A DNA stretch of 32,000 nt from Methanococcus maripaludis (GCF_002945325.1 NZ_CP026606.1:1410001-1442000); one strand, 5' to 3'. Positions 9,187 to 18,170 are shown, counted from the first letter of the stretch. Made by a program: numbers and translations. Notes: generated from the letters alone by a model not told the origin.

Positions 9187-9993
9187 TTGAAAATGGAAAC
9201 CCTAATTTTTTTTATTTTAATTTTACTAATTTCAGCAAATTTTTCAAGGTTCTCATCTGAAGACGATTCAAAAGACGAAAAAAACATTTTTGAACCAGTA
9301 ATTTTGATTCACGATGTTAGCCCTGTTTATTTAGAAGATTTAAAGGAAATTGATGAAGTAATTAGTAAATATGGGTATCCCAAAAGAACGTATCTTTTTT
9401 TAATAGTTAATCATGCAAATGAATATCCTTTAGAAGAAAATCAAGATTTCGTTAAATATGTTAGATATCTTCAAACAAAAGGATATAATGTTGAATTACA
9501 CGGGTACGACCATATTGGATGCGAATTTAATTGTAATTGTACCCTTGCAACGGAAAAAATAGAAAAATCGCTTGAAATATTAAATGGTTTAAAAATTGAC
9601 GGTATTTCATGTATCCTTCCGCCAAGATATGGGATTTCTGAAGATTCAAAAAAAGCAATGCTTAAAAAGGGTTTTTCTATAATTGTTGGGCAATATGCTT
9701 TTGAAGTGGATAATGGTACAGTTTATACATATAATATTACAAATAAGGAATATACTTGGTATCTTGAAGAAAATAATACATTAAATGAAGTAGATATTGC
9801 TAAAAAAGAATATTTGGAGTCGGAATACAAATATTTCCTTTCAATACATCCAAAAGCCGTAAATTATGGCGGAGGTATTGAATTTTTGGATGAATTTTTG
9901 AATTTTACAAAAGAAGAAAACAGGTTTGATTCTAAAAATCCAAAAAAAGATATTTATTCTTATTTTGGAATTAAAAAAATAGATTTTAGTTAA
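9187..9993 (+). CDS. Membrane-anchored or secreted DUF2334 polysaccharide-deacetylase-like protein
   Basis: N-terminal hydrophobic segment, then VILIHDVSPVYLEDLKEIDEVISKYGYPKRTYLFLIVNH...VELHGYDHIG, which are deacetylase/DUF2334-type motifs. Start is TTG 9187 (gggga upstream) or ATG 9193. Confidence 0.8.
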   Translation: MKMETLIFFILILLISANFSRFSSEDDSKDEKNIFEPVILIHDVSPVYLEDLKEIDEVISKYGYPKRTYLFLIVNHANEYPLEENQDFVKYVRYLQTKGYNVELHGYDHIGCEFNCNCTLATEKIEKSLEILNGLKIDGISCILPPRYGISEDSKKAMLKKGFSIIVGQYAFEVDNGTVYTYNITNKEYTWYLEENNTLNEVDIAKKEYLESEYKYFLSIHPKAVNYGGGIEFLDEFLNFTKEENRFDSKNPKKDIYSYFGIKKIDFS

Positions 9994-12425
9994 TTTTTAT
10001 ATGGATTTTCCATTTTTTTCTTTAATTTCTCGGATTCTTTCGCTATTTTTTTATTGTAAATATTACCAATTCTTTCAACCGCATCAAGGGTATTTATCGA
10101 TGTTTCAAGGTAGGAATAGATATCTCCGCTGTATGTTTGAAGTTTTAGGGTATCATGGATTATTTTTGATATTTGAAGCGGTGTTTTTTTGTTTATTCTT
10201 AAATTCAGAACTTTTTTGGAATTGTAGTTTATAATATCCTCTTCAATCAATCCATCAAATTCGATTAACCAAGGCAGAATTTCATCCCTTAAGGTTTTAT
10301 CTTTTATTTTTTCAAAATTTTCTTTTATTACTTCGAAAGCATCGGTAAATCTCGTTGGAATATTTACATTCGTGGTTTTTGAGATTTTATTTTTCAGGTT
10401 TGCAGGAATATATGCATTTTCAAAGGGTGAAATTGATACAACAATGTCGAGGGGATTTTTATGCAGATTTTTCCTTATTTTTTCAGCATCTTTAGGATAC
10501 AAAAATGAAATTGACGTTGCATAACCGTATCGAGTTGTATTTATGTTTTTGTTCTGCAAATCAAGCATTTGATAGCCCGAAAGTGATTCTAAAACATAAT
10601 TTAAACCCAAATTTTTACCAAGAACTGGAACTTTTGAAACATCAGGAATTGTAACTTTATTTTTGTAATTTTTAATTGAACATACGTTTGCTAAAACCTG
10701 TTCAAATTCTTCATCTTCGCTGTATTCTAATGAAACTTCTTCAGGTTCTGAATTTAGCAGTTTAAACGAAACTTCATCTTCAGAATTTTCCATTTTCGCG
10801 TGATATTTTTTACCAATTTCAACAAGGCTGTAAACTTTTCCTTTATCATGCATTCCTTTTCTTCCTGCTCTTCCGCACATCTGCTGGAATTCTGACGGGT
10901 TTAACCAATCTCCACCCATTGCAAGACTTTCTAAAACAACAGTGGACGCTGCAAAGTCCACACCTGCTGCAAGTGCGGCGGTAGTTACTACACACATTGT
11001 TTTCTGCTTTAGAAAATTATCTTCAACATTTCGCCTTTTAGAATACTCCATTCCACCGTGGTAATAATCTGACTTTATTCCTTTGGTATTTAGATAATTT
11101 GAGATATATTCTGCTCTTTTTCTTGAAAATGTAAATATTAAACTTTGCCCTCTAAATCCGTACTTTGATTTTGAGCTAAATTCCTGTTTAACAATATCTT
11201 TTACAAGATTTAACTTTCCGTAATCGTTTTTGGTAAAAATTAAATGTCTTTCAAGTGGAACTGGCCTTCCATTGTACAAAACAAGTTTTGATCCTAATTT
11301 TGAAGCTAATTCTTCTGGATTTCCAACAGTTGCAGAAAGATATATCATCTGACAGGTGAATAAATACCTTAATCGTCCGATAAGGCCGTCAAGACGTGCA
11401 CCACGTTCATCCATATTCATAGAGTGGACTTCATCAATTACAACGGTTCCAACATCTTTTAATTTTCCCGATCTTATCAAATAATCTATTCCTTCGTAGG
11501 TTCCAATTATTATGTCAGAATCAAGGCTTGAATTGATACCGCTTCCTTTATTTTCAGAAAGTCTTCCGGTTCCAACTCTTAAAGATACTGAATAACCTTC
11601 TTTTTCGTATCTATCTTTAAATTCAACATATTTTTGATTTGCAAGGGCAACTAATGGAACCAAAAATAAAAATTTACCCTTTTTTTCAGAAATATTTTTA
11701 ATTCCTGCAAGTTCTCCAATCAAAGTTTTTCCAGAAGACGTTGCAGAAGTAATTAATAAATTATCATTTTTTAAAAGCCCAGCTTTTACAGAAAGAGTCT
11801 GAACAGGAAGTAATTCATCGATTCCTCTATTTTTAATAATTTCTTTTAAAAAATCAGGAATATCCAGTTCATTTATTTCATAATTTTTTATATTGTCATC
11901 AACATTTCCTGTTAAAACGTCGTATTTTGTAAGTTCCGGATTTTTAAGTGGGTTTTTTGATTTGAAAAGTTCAATTACTTTATTTGCGTCTTTGAATCTT
12001 CTAAGTAATTTTTCAATAAACTCCTCATTGATATTTACTTCGTGTTTTACTTCGTCGATTGCACATTCAAGGCAGATCTCGCTGTTGTAAATTTTATATT
12101 TATCCGTGATCTCGCTAAATTTTCCTTTAATAATGCAAAAAGGGCATAAATCAATATATCCGTGTTTGATATTATTTTGTTTGAGGAATTCTTCTAATTT
12201 TAACGATTCTTCGTCCCCACTTAATAAAACTTTGTTTGATCTAACGAAATTTATCAATTTTGAAGGTTGTATCGGGTTTACATTTCCTGCTTTTTCTTCC
12301 CTACATTTGTAAAGTGTAATTCTATTGTTTGCAGGTCTTATTATCCCATAATAAGTCTTTTCATCGGTTAAATCAATAAATTGGATCTCTTCTTTCTTTT
12401 TCTTTAATTTTCTCACGATAATCAT
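9990..12425 (-). CDS. Ski2-type superfamily 2 DEAD/DEAH helicase with N-terminal zinc-binding-like region
   Basis: Helicase motifs: LLPVQTLSVKAG, ITSATSSGKTLIGE, VVIDEVHSM (DExH), IYLSATVGN, LIFTFSRKRAEYI, TTAALAAGVDFAAS, QMCGRAGRKG. The N-terminal extension carries CPFC...CLEC. Confidence 0.9.
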   Translation of the reverse strand: MIIVRKLKKKKEEIQFIDLTDEKTYYGIIRPANNRITLYKCREEKAGNVNPIQPSKLINFVRSNKVLLSGDEESLKLEEFLKQNNIKHGYIDLCPFCIIKGKFSEITDKYKIYNSEICLECAIDEVKHEVNINEEFIEKLLRRFKDANKVIELFKSKNPLKNPELTKYDVLTGNVDDNIKNYEINELDIPDFLKEIIKNRGIDELLPVQTLSVKAGLLKNDNLLITSATSSGKTLIGELAGIKNISEKKGKFLFLVPLVALANQKYVEFKDRYEKEGYSVSLRVGTGRLSENKGSGINSSLDSDIIIGTYEGIDYLIRSGKLKDVGTVVIDEVHSMNMDERGARLDGLIGRLRYLFTCQMIYLSATVGNPEELASKLGSKLVLYNGRPVPLERHLIFTKNDYGKLNLVKDIVKQEFSSKSKYGFRGQSLIFTFSRKRAEYISNYLNTKGIKSDYYHGGMEYSKRRNVEDNFLKQKTMCVVTTAALAAGVDFAASTVVLESLAMGGDWLNPSEFQQMCGRAGRKGMHDKGKVYSLVEIGKKYHAKMENSEDEVSFKLLNSEPEEVSLEYSEDEEFEQVLANVCSIKNYKNKVTIPDVSKVPVLGKNLGLNYVLESLSGYQMLDLQNKNINTTRYGYATSISFLYPKDAEKIRKNLHKNPLDIVVSISPFENAYIPANLKNKISKTTNVNIPTRFTDAFEVIKENFEKIKDKTLRDEILPWLIEFDGLIEEDIINYNSKKVLNLRINKKTPLQISKIIHDTLKLQTYSGDIYSYLETSINTLDAVERIGNIYNKKIAKESEKLKKKMENPYKN

Positions 12426-12537
12426 GGATTCACCAAATAATCACTAATAAAAACCATAAATTACAGATAATATTATAAATCTATGAAAATGGTACAAAGC
12501 TATATAATTTAAAGGTATATAATAAAATGGTGGTAAA

Positions 12538-12741
12538 ATGTCTGTTGCTTTAAAGAAGTTTTTTTCGAAACGGGGCCAATTGAGTCTTGAATTTTCAGTG
12601 CTGGTTCTTGCGGTCATTACAGCGGCAATTCTTTTAGGATATCACTTGATTGTAAGTTCAAAAGCAGTTCAGGAATCAAATATTGACACGATCAATAATA
12701 CTCACAACACGGCAATAGATGCTTTAAGTGAAGTTAGTTAA
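12538..12741 (+). CDS. Type IV pilin-like protein with class III signal peptide (EpdD-like candidate)
   Basis: 67-aa protein whose [25 protein letters not shown] matches the [KR]G/QxSxExxxL class III signal peptide followed by a hydrophobic helix. Confidence 0.88.
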   Translation: MSVALKKFFSKRGQLSLEFSVLVLAVITAAILLGYHLIVSSKAVQESNIDTINNTHNTAIDALSEVS

Positions 12742-12778
12742 ACAATTAAAGTTAAAAAATATTAATAATCGGGATAAT

Positions 12779-13330
12779 ATGAAGTTAATTGGAATTACTG
12801 GAATGCCAGGATCTGGAAAAAGTGCAATTACGAAATTAGCGGAAAAATATAAGATAATAACTGTTTCAATGGGCGATGTTGTAAGGCACGAAACATTAAA
12901 ACAAGGAATACCATTAAATCCTGAAAATGTCGGAAATACGGCAGTAAAACTTCGAGAAATTCATGGAAAAGAAGCAATTGCTGTTCCATGTCTTGAATAT
13001 ATCCATGAAAAATACGAAGATGAGGATTTTGTTGTAATTGAGGGAATAAGAAGTATTTATGAAGTCAATTACCTTAAAAAAAATGCCAAACTCGATATTA
13101 TTGCAATTCACTCTTCACCAAAAACCAGATTTGAACGATTATCTGGTAGAAACCGTGAAGATGATTCAAATGACTGGAATACTTTCGTTGAACGCGATGA
13201 ACGAGAATTGAATTTTTCAATTGGTAATGTAATATCACTTGCAGATTACATGGTTGTAAACGAAGGAAATTACATGGATTTTATGCACGACCTTGAAAAC
13301 ACGTTTAAAAAAATAATTAACGTGAATTAA
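12779..13330 (+). CDS. UPF0200 family P-loop nucleoside/dephospho-CoA kinase-like protein
   Basis: [24 protein letters not shown] Walker A and FVVIEGIRS. The start is corrected from the track's 12728 (GTG) to ATG 12779, preceded by cggga. Confidence 0.8.
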   Translation: MKLIGITGMPGSGKSAITKLAEKYKIITVSMGDVVRHETLKQGIPLNPENVGNTAVKLREIHGKEAIAVPCLEYIHEKYEDEDFVVIEGIRSIYEVNYLKKNAKLDIIAIHSSPKTRFERLSGRNREDDSNDWNTFVERDERELNFSIGNVISLADYMVVNEGNYMDFMHDLENTFKKIINVN

Positions 13331-13384
13331 CTTTTAAATGTGCAATTTAATCCCATTTTTTTAAGTTATTTTTAAAATATATCT

Positions 13385-13891
13385 TTAATTCTTACTTTTT
13401 TGATAGTTTTCTGAGAGTTCATCTAATTTATCTCCCGTTAATCTATAAATTAACCAGTTATCAACGGGAATTGCGCCCATTTTTTCGTAGAATTTTCTTG
13501 CAGGGTTCCAGTCTAAAACTACCCAGTCAATTCTTCCGCAATTCCTTTCTGTTGCAAGATTTGATAAATATTCAAATATATTTCTTCCAATGCCCATTCC
13601 TCTAAATTCTTCTTTAATGTAGAGGTCTTCGATATAAATTCCAGGTTTTCCAAGGAATGTTGAAAAATTATGGAAAAATAAAACGAATCCCGCAGGTTTT
13701 GAATCTGCTTCAACAATCAATGTTTCAGCGTACTGTTTCTTTCCAAATAGTGATTCTTTTATTATTTCTTCTGTAGCAGTAACATGGTCTTCTAAGTTTT
13801 CGTATTTTGCAAGTTCTTTGATAAATTTAAAGATTAAAGGAACATCGGAAACTGTTGTTGGTCTGATATTAATTTTTAAATTAGTATTCAC
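13385..13891 (-). CDS. GNAT family N-acetyltransferase
   Basis: INIRPTTVSDVPLIFKFIKELAKYENLEDHV...IYIEDLYIKEEFRGMGIGRNIFEYLS...WNPARKFYEKMGA. The family normally starts near here. A GTG at 13891 with upstream ggtg is a better start than the track's 14002. Confidence 0.85.
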   Translation of the reverse strand: MNTNLKINIRPTTVSDVPLIFKFIKELAKYENLEDHVTATEEIIKESLFGKKQYAETLIVEADSKPAGFVLFFHNFSTFLGKPGIYIEDLYIKEEFRGMGIGRNIFEYLSNLATERNCGRIDWVVLDWNPARKFYEKMGAIPVDNWLIYRLTGDKLDELSENYQKSKN

Positions 13892-13962
13892 AGTAACACC
13901 ATCAAAAGATTTTAATAAACAGTTTAATTCTATATACTTAAAAAATATAAAAAAGGTAGGGT

Positions 13963-14301
13963 ATGAAACAGTATTTGCCAGTTTTACTGCTCGTTTTATC
14001 AAATATTTTCATGACTTTTGCGTGGTATGGTCATTTAAAGTATAAAATGTCTCCACTTTGGATCGTTATACTGGTAAGTTGGGGGATTGCATTTTTTGAG
14101 TACTGCTTGCAGGTTCCAGCAAACAGGATCGGCTCAAACTACTTTACACCCGCACAGCTAAAAGTAATTCAAGAAATAATAACTCTTGTAATATTCAGTA
14201 TTTTTTCAGTACTGTATCTAAAAGAAGAATTTCGGTGGAATTACGCAGTAGGATTCTTTTTTATAATCCTTGCAGCCGTTTTTATCTTTAAAAAATGGTA
14301 A
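13963..14301 (+). CDS. DMT-type small membrane protein, DUF486 family
   Basis: 112 aa with about four TM segments; FAWYGHLKY, FFEYCLQVPANRIGSNYFTPAQLKVIQEIITLVIF and YAVGFFFIILAAVFIF are typical of DUF486. Confidence 0.85.
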   Translation: MKQYLPVLLLVLSNIFMTFAWYGHLKYKMSPLWIVILVSWGIAFFEYCLQVPANRIGSNYFTPAQLKVIQEIITLVIFSIFSVLYLKEEFRWNYAVGFFFIILAAVFIFKKW

Positions 14302-14372
14302 TCTTTTAAATTTTTTAATAATAATTTTAAAAAAGTGTAAATACTTCTTAAATTTTATTTTTAAAATGTTGA

Positions 14373-14447
14373 CGAGCCCGGAGGGATTTGAACCCCCGAC
14401 CACAGGGTCCGAAGCCCTGTATTCTATCCAAGCTAAACCACGGGCCC
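14373..14447 (-). tRNA. tRNA-Arg (anticodon TCG)
   Basis: The reverse complement GGGCCCG...CAGGG-CTTCGGA-CCCTG...GGGGGTTCAAATCCCTCCGGGCTCG folds as a tRNA with a 7-bp acceptor (one G-U) and anticodon TCG. Confidence 0.94.
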
Positions 14448-14496
14448 AAACTTATATATCATTTTAAGAAGTACTTTTCAATATAATTTATTATAT

Positions 14497-14506
14497 AGTA
14501 TATAAA
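14497..14506. promoter_or_regulatory. TATA-rich element between divergent tRNA-Arg and crcB
   Basis: AGTATATAAA lies in TTATATAGTATATAAATC and reads as TTTATATAC on the minus strand. It lies about 50 nt from the tRNA-Arg 5' end, as for tRNA-Gly, and about 42 nt from the crcB start. Confidence 0.45.
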
Positions 14507-14547
14507 TCTTTTAGTTAGGCAGACTAATATGGCTATTTGGTGATTTT

Positions 14548-14916
14548 TTGAGAGAAATTCTACTTATCGGCCTTGGTGGATTTTTCGGGGCGATATTAAG
14601 GTATCTCGTTAGCGGCATAATTCCCGTAAAATTTGGGATTCCAACAGGTACTCTTATGGTAAATCTTTTGGGAAGTTTTATTATTGGCTTTTTAATATAC
14701 TCTTCATTATTTGGGTCATTATCTACTGAATACAGGTTATTTATAATAACCGGGTTTTGCGGGGCTCTTACTACGTTTTCTACATTTAGTTACGAGTCAT
14801 TTACTATGTTAGAACATAATTATTATTTAAAAACAGGATTAAACATTTTATTAAATGTTTTTGGATGTTTGGGAATGGTATATCTTGGAAGACTCGCATC
14901 AATGTTTTTCTGGTGA
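14548..14916 (+). CDS. crcB: CrcB/FluC fluoride channel
   Basis: GGFFGAILRYLVS, GTLMVNLLGSFIIGFL and GFCGALTTFSTFSYE are diagnostic CrcB motifs. TTG start. Confidence 0.95.
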   Translation: MREILLIGLGGFFGAILRYLVSGIIPVKFGIPTGTLMVNLLGSFIIGFLIYSSLFGSLSTEYRLFIITGFCGALTTFSTFSYESFTMLEHNYYLKTGLNILLNVFGCLGMVYLGRLASMFFW

Positions 14917-14920
14917 TTTA

Positions 14921-15250
14921 ATGAAAAAAATATCTGCAAAACTTCTCAGGATTTATTTAAAAGAAGAAGATAGGTATGGAAAAGAACTACTCATCAATTC
15001 AATAATAAAAACCCTAAAAAATAATGGGATTGCGGGCGCAACGGTTTTTAAAGGATTTTGTGGCTACGGAACAAGGGGCATTTCTAGAATTGATATACTG
15101 AGACTCTCAATGAACCTTCCAGCAGTAATTGAATGTATCGATTACGAGGAAAAATTAAACGATATAATGCCAAAACTTGTTGAAATGGTTTCAGAAAACG
15201 GCCTTATAACAATACAGGACATTGATGTATTCAAGGAATTAAAAAAATAA
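14921..15250 (+). CDS. DUF190 family protein
   Basis: MKKISAKLLRIYLKEEDRYGKELLINSIIKTLKNNGIAGATVFKGFCGYG is typical DUF190. The start is corrected from the track's 14855 to ATG 14921, 4 nt after crcB ends. Confidence 0.88.
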   Translation: MKKISAKLLRIYLKEEDRYGKELLINSIIKTLKNNGIAGATVFKGFCGYGTRGISRIDILRLSMNLPAVIECIDYEEKLNDIMPKLVEMVSENGLITIQDIDVFKELKK

Positions 15251-15272
15251 TATTTAGGTATCTGGTGATTTT

Positions 15273-16892
15273 ATGATAACAGATGTACTCATAATTGGTG
15301 GCGGGGGTGCTGCAGCAAGGGCTGCAATAGAATGCGGACAGAAAAATGTTGTAATTGCTTCAAAAGGCCTTTTTGGAAAAAGTGGATGCACAGTAATGGC
15401 TGAAGGTGGGTACAATGCAGTATTGAACGAAAAAGATTCGTTTGAAAAACACTATTCTGACACGATGAAGGGTGGGGGATACATAAACAATAAAAAACTC
15501 GTAGACGTTTTGGTAAAAAATGCACCAAATGAATTTAAAAACTTGGAAAAATTTGGATGTATTTTTGATAGGTCTGAAAGTGCAGAATTTGCACAAAGAC
15601 CCTTTGGAGGACAGAGTTTTAATAGAACTTGCTACAGTGGGGACAGGACAGGCCACGAAATGATTGCAGGATTGATGGAGTATTTAAACAAATTTGAGCG
15701 CATAAAAATTTTAGAAGACACGATGGCAATAAAATTAATTGTCGATGAAGTTGAAGAAAACGGAAAAAAACTCAAAAAATGTTTTGGGGCAGTATTTTTA
15801 GATTTATTAAATGGAGATATTTATCCAGTATATGCAAAATCAACAATTCTTGCAACTGGCGGGGCAGGCCAAATTTACCCTATAACATCAAACCCTAAAC
15901 AAAAAGTTGGGGATGGATTTGCAATTGCTTATCGTGAAGGGGTCGAACTAGTCGACATGGAAATGGTTCAGTTTCACCCAACAGGAATGCTTGGAACTGG
16001 AATTTTAGTAACCGAAGCTGTGAGGGGCGAAGGCGGAATTTTATACAATAAAAATAAAGAAAGATTCATGAAAAACTACGATTCAAAAAGAATGGAATTA
16101 TCCACAAGGGACGTAGTTGCTAAAGCAATATATAACGAAATTCAGGAAGGAAGAGGAATTGATGGTGGAGTTTATCTGGACGTAACTCATTTAGAACCAG
16201 AAGTTATCAAAGAAAAACTCGAAACAATGTTTTCACAGTTCATGCTTGTTGGCGTGGATATTAGAAAAGAGCCGATGAAAGTAGCTCCAACAGCACACCA
16301 CTTTATGGGTGGAATTAAGATAAATGAAAATTGTGAAACAAATATTTCAGGATTATTTGCATGCGGGGAAGTTGCAGGTGGACTTCACGGTGCAAACAGG
16401 CTTGGCGGTAATGCACTTGCTGAAACACAAGTTTTTGGATCAATTGCTGGAAGAAATGCTTTAATTTATGCTGAAGAGAAAGTTGATATTTCAAAAGTAT
16501 ATAATTCAGTTGAAAAATACATTGAAAAATTGAAAAATACAGTTAATGAGTCTAATTCTGGGGATAACGTATATTCATTAATTGATGAATTAAAAAATAC
16601 TATGTGGGATTTTGTTTCTATTTCAAGAGATGAAAACGGGTTAAAAACTGCCCTTGAAAAAATAAATGAAATCGATGGAAAAAAAGTTTTGATAAATGGA
16701 ATAGTTGACTTTTCAAAAAAATTAGAACTTGAAAACATGATTTTGGTTTCAAAAATTGTTATAAATTCAGCAATCCTTAGAAAAGAGACCCGTGGGGCAC
16801 ATTTTAGAAGCGATTGCCCCAAAACAAATGATAAATGCACTGGAAACTTTGTAGCAGTTGACGGAAAAATTAAATTTATAAAAATTGAATAG
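15273..16892 (+). CDS. tfrA: Fumarate reductase flavoprotein subunit, TfrA-like (thiol:fumarate reductase subunit A)
   Basis: FAD-binding VLIIGGGGAAARAAIECG, GCTVMAEGGYNA, GDRTGHEM, EMVQFHPTGM, PTAHHFMGGIKIN and GLFACGEVAGGLHGANRLGGNAL motifs of SdhA/FrdA family proteins. Confidence 0.9.
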   Translation: MITDVLIIGGGGAAARAAIECGQKNVVIASKGLFGKSGCTVMAEGGYNAVLNEKDSFEKHYSDTMKGGGYINNKKLVDVLVKNAPNEFKNLEKFGCIFDRSESAEFAQRPFGGQSFNRTCYSGDRTGHEMIAGLMEYLNKFERIKILEDTMAIKLIVDEVEENGKKLKKCFGAVFLDLLNGDIYPVYAKSTILATGGAGQIYPITSNPKQKVGDGFAIAYREGVELVDMEMVQFHPTGMLGTGILVTEAVRGEGGILYNKNKERFMKNYDSKRMELSTRDVVAKAIYNEIQEGRGIDGGVYLDVTHLEPEVIKEKLETMFSQFMLVGVDIRKEPMKVAPTAHHFMGGIKINENCETNISGLFACGEVAGGLHGANRLGGNALAETQVFGSIAGRNALIYAEEKVDISKVYNSVEKYIEKLKNTVNESNSGDNVYSLIDELKNTMWDFVSISRDENGLKTALEKINEIDGKKVLINGIVDFSKKLELENMILVSKIVINSAILRKETRGAHFRSDCPKTNDKCTGNFVAVDGKIKFIKIE

Positions 16893-16907
16893 ATTACTTT
16901 TTTGTTT

Positions 16908-17354
16908 TTAGTCTGTTGAAATGATTAGTTTATCGGAATTTAATGAATCATAACTGAAAAAGTCTGTTTTTGATGTTGCTTTTATTGTTTTATTTTCAGA
17001 ATTTAAAATGAGAATATTTATCGATGAACCGAATTTATCTTCATTTTTAAACGTCCATTTAAGATATGTTTCCGAAATATTGTATTTTTCGTTAAATATC
17101 GTAGTATTTTTTGGTTCTGGCCCATAAACAGTATTTATATATGTTGTACCGTTTGGAAGTACCATTTCCACAGTGGTTGTTCCAAAATCACTCTTTTTAA
17201 TGACATCTACATCAATATTAATAATATCGCCCGTTTTTGGAGAATAATTGTCTGCAGATATGTTGATATACGTTTCAGGCAGTACAAACAAAGTCATTAC
17301 AATTATTGCGAGAATTGCCACAAAAATTAAATTTTTAAAACTTATTTTATACAA
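16908..17354 (-). CDS. Small secreted or membrane-anchored hypothetical protein, possible N-glycoprotein
   Basis: One N-terminal hydrophobic segment (FKNLIFVAILAIIVMTLFVL), then a polar beta-rich-looking domain with several N-X-S/T sequons. TTG start with an aggggg upstream. Confidence 0.6.
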   Translation of the reverse strand: MYKISFKNLIFVAILAIIVMTLFVLPETYINISADNYSPKTGDIINIDVDVIKKSDFGTTTVEMVLPNGTTYINTVYGPEPKNTTIFNEKYNISETYLKWTFKNEDKFGSSINILILNSENKTIKATSKTDFFSYDSLNSDKLIISTD

Positions 17355-17615
17355 ATTTCCAAACCCCCTAAAATTAAATTAATTATATTCATGTTGCTCC
17401 AACATTATGCTAGTTTTGTAGATCTTTTTAGTGCATTTTTCGTTTTCTGAACAGTATATTTTGAAATTATAATTATCGATCATTATATATAGCGGAATTA
17501 AATAGTTATTTTAAATACCAATATAATTTTTCATATAATATCAAACAAAACACGCAAATTTATGCGGTCTGAGATATCTTTTAACTTAATAATGATTATT
17601 TTAACGGTGCAGACT

Positions 17616-18170
17616 ATGACTGAAAAAATGAAAGAAATTGCAGCAAGAGTTCGCGAATTAAGGGAACTCTCGGAAATTTCAATTGAGGAGATGGCAAATC
17701 ACTTACAAATTTCACCAGAAATTTATCAACATTACGAAGAAGGAACCTGCGATATTCCAGCAAGTGTTTTGTATGAAATTGCACACAAATTTGAAGTTGA
17801 CATGGGACTACTTTTGACTGGAGAAGAAACCAGAATGCATATTTTTACGGTTACAAGAAAAGGAAAAGGAGTTTCTGTAGAAAGAAGAAAACAGTACAAA
17901 TACGAAAATTTGGCTGAAAAATTTGTCCACAAAAAAGCAGAACCATTTATTGTAACAGTGGAGCCAAGAACTGACGGAAAAAAACCATCCAAAAATTCAC
18001 ACCCTGGTCAGGAGTTCAACTATATTTTGGAAGGATCTATAAAATTATACATCCACAAAAATGAAGTTATTTTGGAAGAAGGAGATTCTATATTCTTTGA
18101 TGCAGGGTATGAACATGCAATGGAAGCATTAAATGGAAAAACTGCTAAATTCCTTGCAATTATAATGTAA
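17616..18170 (+). CDS. XRE-family HTH plus cupin domain transcriptional regulator
   Basis: HTH: [49 protein letters not shown]-terminal cupin: [43 protein letters not shown]. Start set to ATG 17616, not the track's 17562. Confidence 0.88.
   Translation: MTEKMKEIAARVRELRELSEISIEEMANHLQISPEIYQHYEEGTCDIPASVLYEIAHKFEVDMGLLLTGEETRMHIFTVTRKGKGVSVERRKQYKYENLAEKFVHKKAEPFIVTVEPRTDGKKPSKNSHPGQEFNYILEGSIKLYIHKNEVILEEGDSIFFDAGYEHAMEALNGKTAKFLAIIM

Noticed and set aside
10001-12312. Small plus-strand ORFs (10001..10234, 11893..12090, 12106..12312)
   Set aside because: They lie antisense inside the helicase CDS. They have low-complexity F/S/L-rich content and no plausible RBS or family motif.
14218-14467. 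ORFs 14218..14403 (-) and 14270..14467 (+, ...SPEGFEPPTTGSEALYS)
   Set aside because: Both run through tRNA-Arg(TCG). The protein text comes from translating the tRNA, not from a real CDS.
14500-14547. Possible fluoride (crcB) riboswitch upstream of crcB
   Set aside because: The leader after the TATA element is only about 20-40 nt and I cannot see the conserved riboswitch core.
15289-16840. Minus-strand ORFs 15289..15528, 15360..15656, 16466..16840
   Set aside because: Antisense to tfrA, which carries strong motifs across the same bases. Composition is typical of shadow ORFs.
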